Shown one piece after another: positions 60,968 to 61,922 of a stretch of DNA of 61,922 bases. The stretch's first letter is position 1; each line of letters starts with the position of its first letter. The position numbers were made by a program, and so were the translations under genes. The notes below the pieces were generated by a model that did no database searches, had not been told where the DNA came from, and saw only the letters and a list, made by a program, of their open reading frames with translations. This DNA is from a virus (taxonomy: Duplodnaviria > Caudoviricetes), in IMG/VR virus record IMGVR_UViG_3300009678_000065, positions 1 to 61,922 of that record; one strand, given 5' to 3'.

Positions 60968-61069
60968 ATGAAAACGACCCTAGCCACCGCTCACGTCCGC
61001 AACCTGGAGGGTGCGGACGTCGCCACCTTCGGTGCGAACCTGGTAGAGAAGGTGGAGTACCAGCCATGA
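60968..61069 (+). CDS. 33-aa leader ORF translationally coupled (ATGA) to the helicase
   Basis: MKTTLATAHVRNLEGADVATFGANLVEKVEYQP*. Confidence 0.5.
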   Translation: MKTTLATAHVRNLEGADVATFGANLVEKVEYQP

Positions 61070-61922
61070 AATGGTCCATTGAGCAAGAAGCGATTTACGC
61101 TTGGTTTGAATCGGGCCTCGGCCACCTGGTGGTCGTCGCCCGCGCCGGTTGCGGCAAGACGACCACGATCATCGAGGGCATCGGTCGCGCGCCGGAACGC
61201 AAGAAGCTGCTGGCCGCTTTCAACGCGCGCATCGCGGAGGAACTGCAGAAGCGCTGCCCGGCCGGTGCGGTCGCCAAGACGATGCACGGCGTGGGCTACG
61301 GCCTGGTGCTTCGCAACTGGGAGGGCATCAAGATCGACAAGACGGGTGGCCGCGCAAAGATCCTCACCGAGTTGGTGTGCGGGGCCAAGGTGCCCGACGC
61401 CATCAAGCGCATCATCACCCGGCTGCATTCGCTCGGTCGCGAGAACCTGCCGATGGCGGTTCTACCTGAAGAGTTGTACGAGCTGGCCGAACGGTTCGAG
61501 TGCGTCCCCGACGAGCAGTGGGAGGAGGCTGGTTACGACGTTCACCGCATTTGCGCTTACGCGGTCGCTGCGATGGCCAAGGCCGCTGACGTACGACCGA
61601 TCATGATCGACTACTCAGACATGATCTTCCTGCCGATTCGGAACGGCTGGCTGGTCAAGACTTTCGACATGGTGGTGATCGACGAGGCCCAGGACATGAC
61701 GCCCGCGCAGCTGACGATCGCGCGCGGAGTCTGCAAGGGCCGCATCTGCGTGGTCGGAGATGACCGCCAAGCGATCTACGGGTTCCGGGGTGCCGACAGC
61801 GGTAGCCTGGGCCGCTTGAAGACGGAGTTGAACGCCAAGGTGCTTGGACTGAAAACCACTTACCGCTGCGCCACGAACGTGGTCGCGCGGGCCGCGCAGA
61901 TCGTACCCGACTTCACGGCCGC
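61066..61922 (+). CDS. UvrD/Rep-like SF1 helicase, N-terminal part (continues across the circular junction into 1..648)
   Basis: Absent from the ORF track; read by hand from ATG 61066: MKWSIEQEAIY..ARAGCGKTTT (Walker A)..VIDEAQD (Walker B)..VGDDRQAIYGFRGAD..TTYRC; runs off the end in frame with position 1. Confidence 0.93.
   Translation, partial: MKWSIEQEAIYAWFESGLGHLVVVARAGCGKTTTIIEGIGRAPERKKLLAAFNARIAEELQKRCPAGAVAKTMHGVGYGLVLRNWEGIKIDKTGGRAKILTELVCGAKVPDAIKRIITRLHSLGRENLPMAVLPEELYELAERFECVPDEQWEEAGYDVHRICAYAVAAMAKAADVRPIMIDYSDMIFLPIRNGWLVKTFDMVVIDEAQDMTPAQLTIARGVCKGRICVVGDDRQAIYGFRGADSGSLGRLKTELNAKVLGLKTTYRCATNVVARAAQIVPDFTA

Noticed and set aside
1-61922. Stop-codon reassignment or prophage/integration module
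   Set aside because: Core genes are full length under the standard code with normal coupling; no integrase, att-flanked host genes or repressor recognised.

Overview
The window is an apparently complete, circularly permuted ~61.9-kb GC-rich tailed phage genome. The first 14 nt repeat the last 14 nt, and a UvrD-like helicase reads in frame across the junction. It is siphovirus-like: tail tube, -1 frameshifted tail chaperone, 947-aa tape measure and no sheath. No integrase, CI-like repressor, canonical tRNA or CRISPR array was seen. Almost all genes are on the minus strand, read away from a divergent control region at ~60.7-61.0 kb that carries two back-to-back sigma54-like (GG-N10-GC) promoters. 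The early/replication arm (~33.6-60.7 kb) has PolA, SNF2 helicase, primase-helicase followed by an iteron-like array, DnaQ exonuclease, DNA methyltransferase, HD hydrolase and many small ORFs. The late arm (~2.3-32.9 kb) has TerS/TerL, portal, gpF, protease/scaffold, an encapsulin/Linocin-like capsid, neck, tail and lysis genes, with a six-gene glycosyl-/methyltransferase cassette inside the head-tail operon. The most striking signal is a set of early-region proteins that look built from pieces of virion and packaging proteins: a Tat-signal-bearing circular permutant of the tail tube protein, a scrambled membrane-anchored tail-tube derivative, a 111-aa protein stringing together TerL-, portal-, gpF- and tape-measure-like motifs in late-operon order, and a tube/portal-like chimera. 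These may form an undescribed structural-protein decoy/mimic repertoire. All family assignments and alignments were made by eye from motifs; no searches were run.
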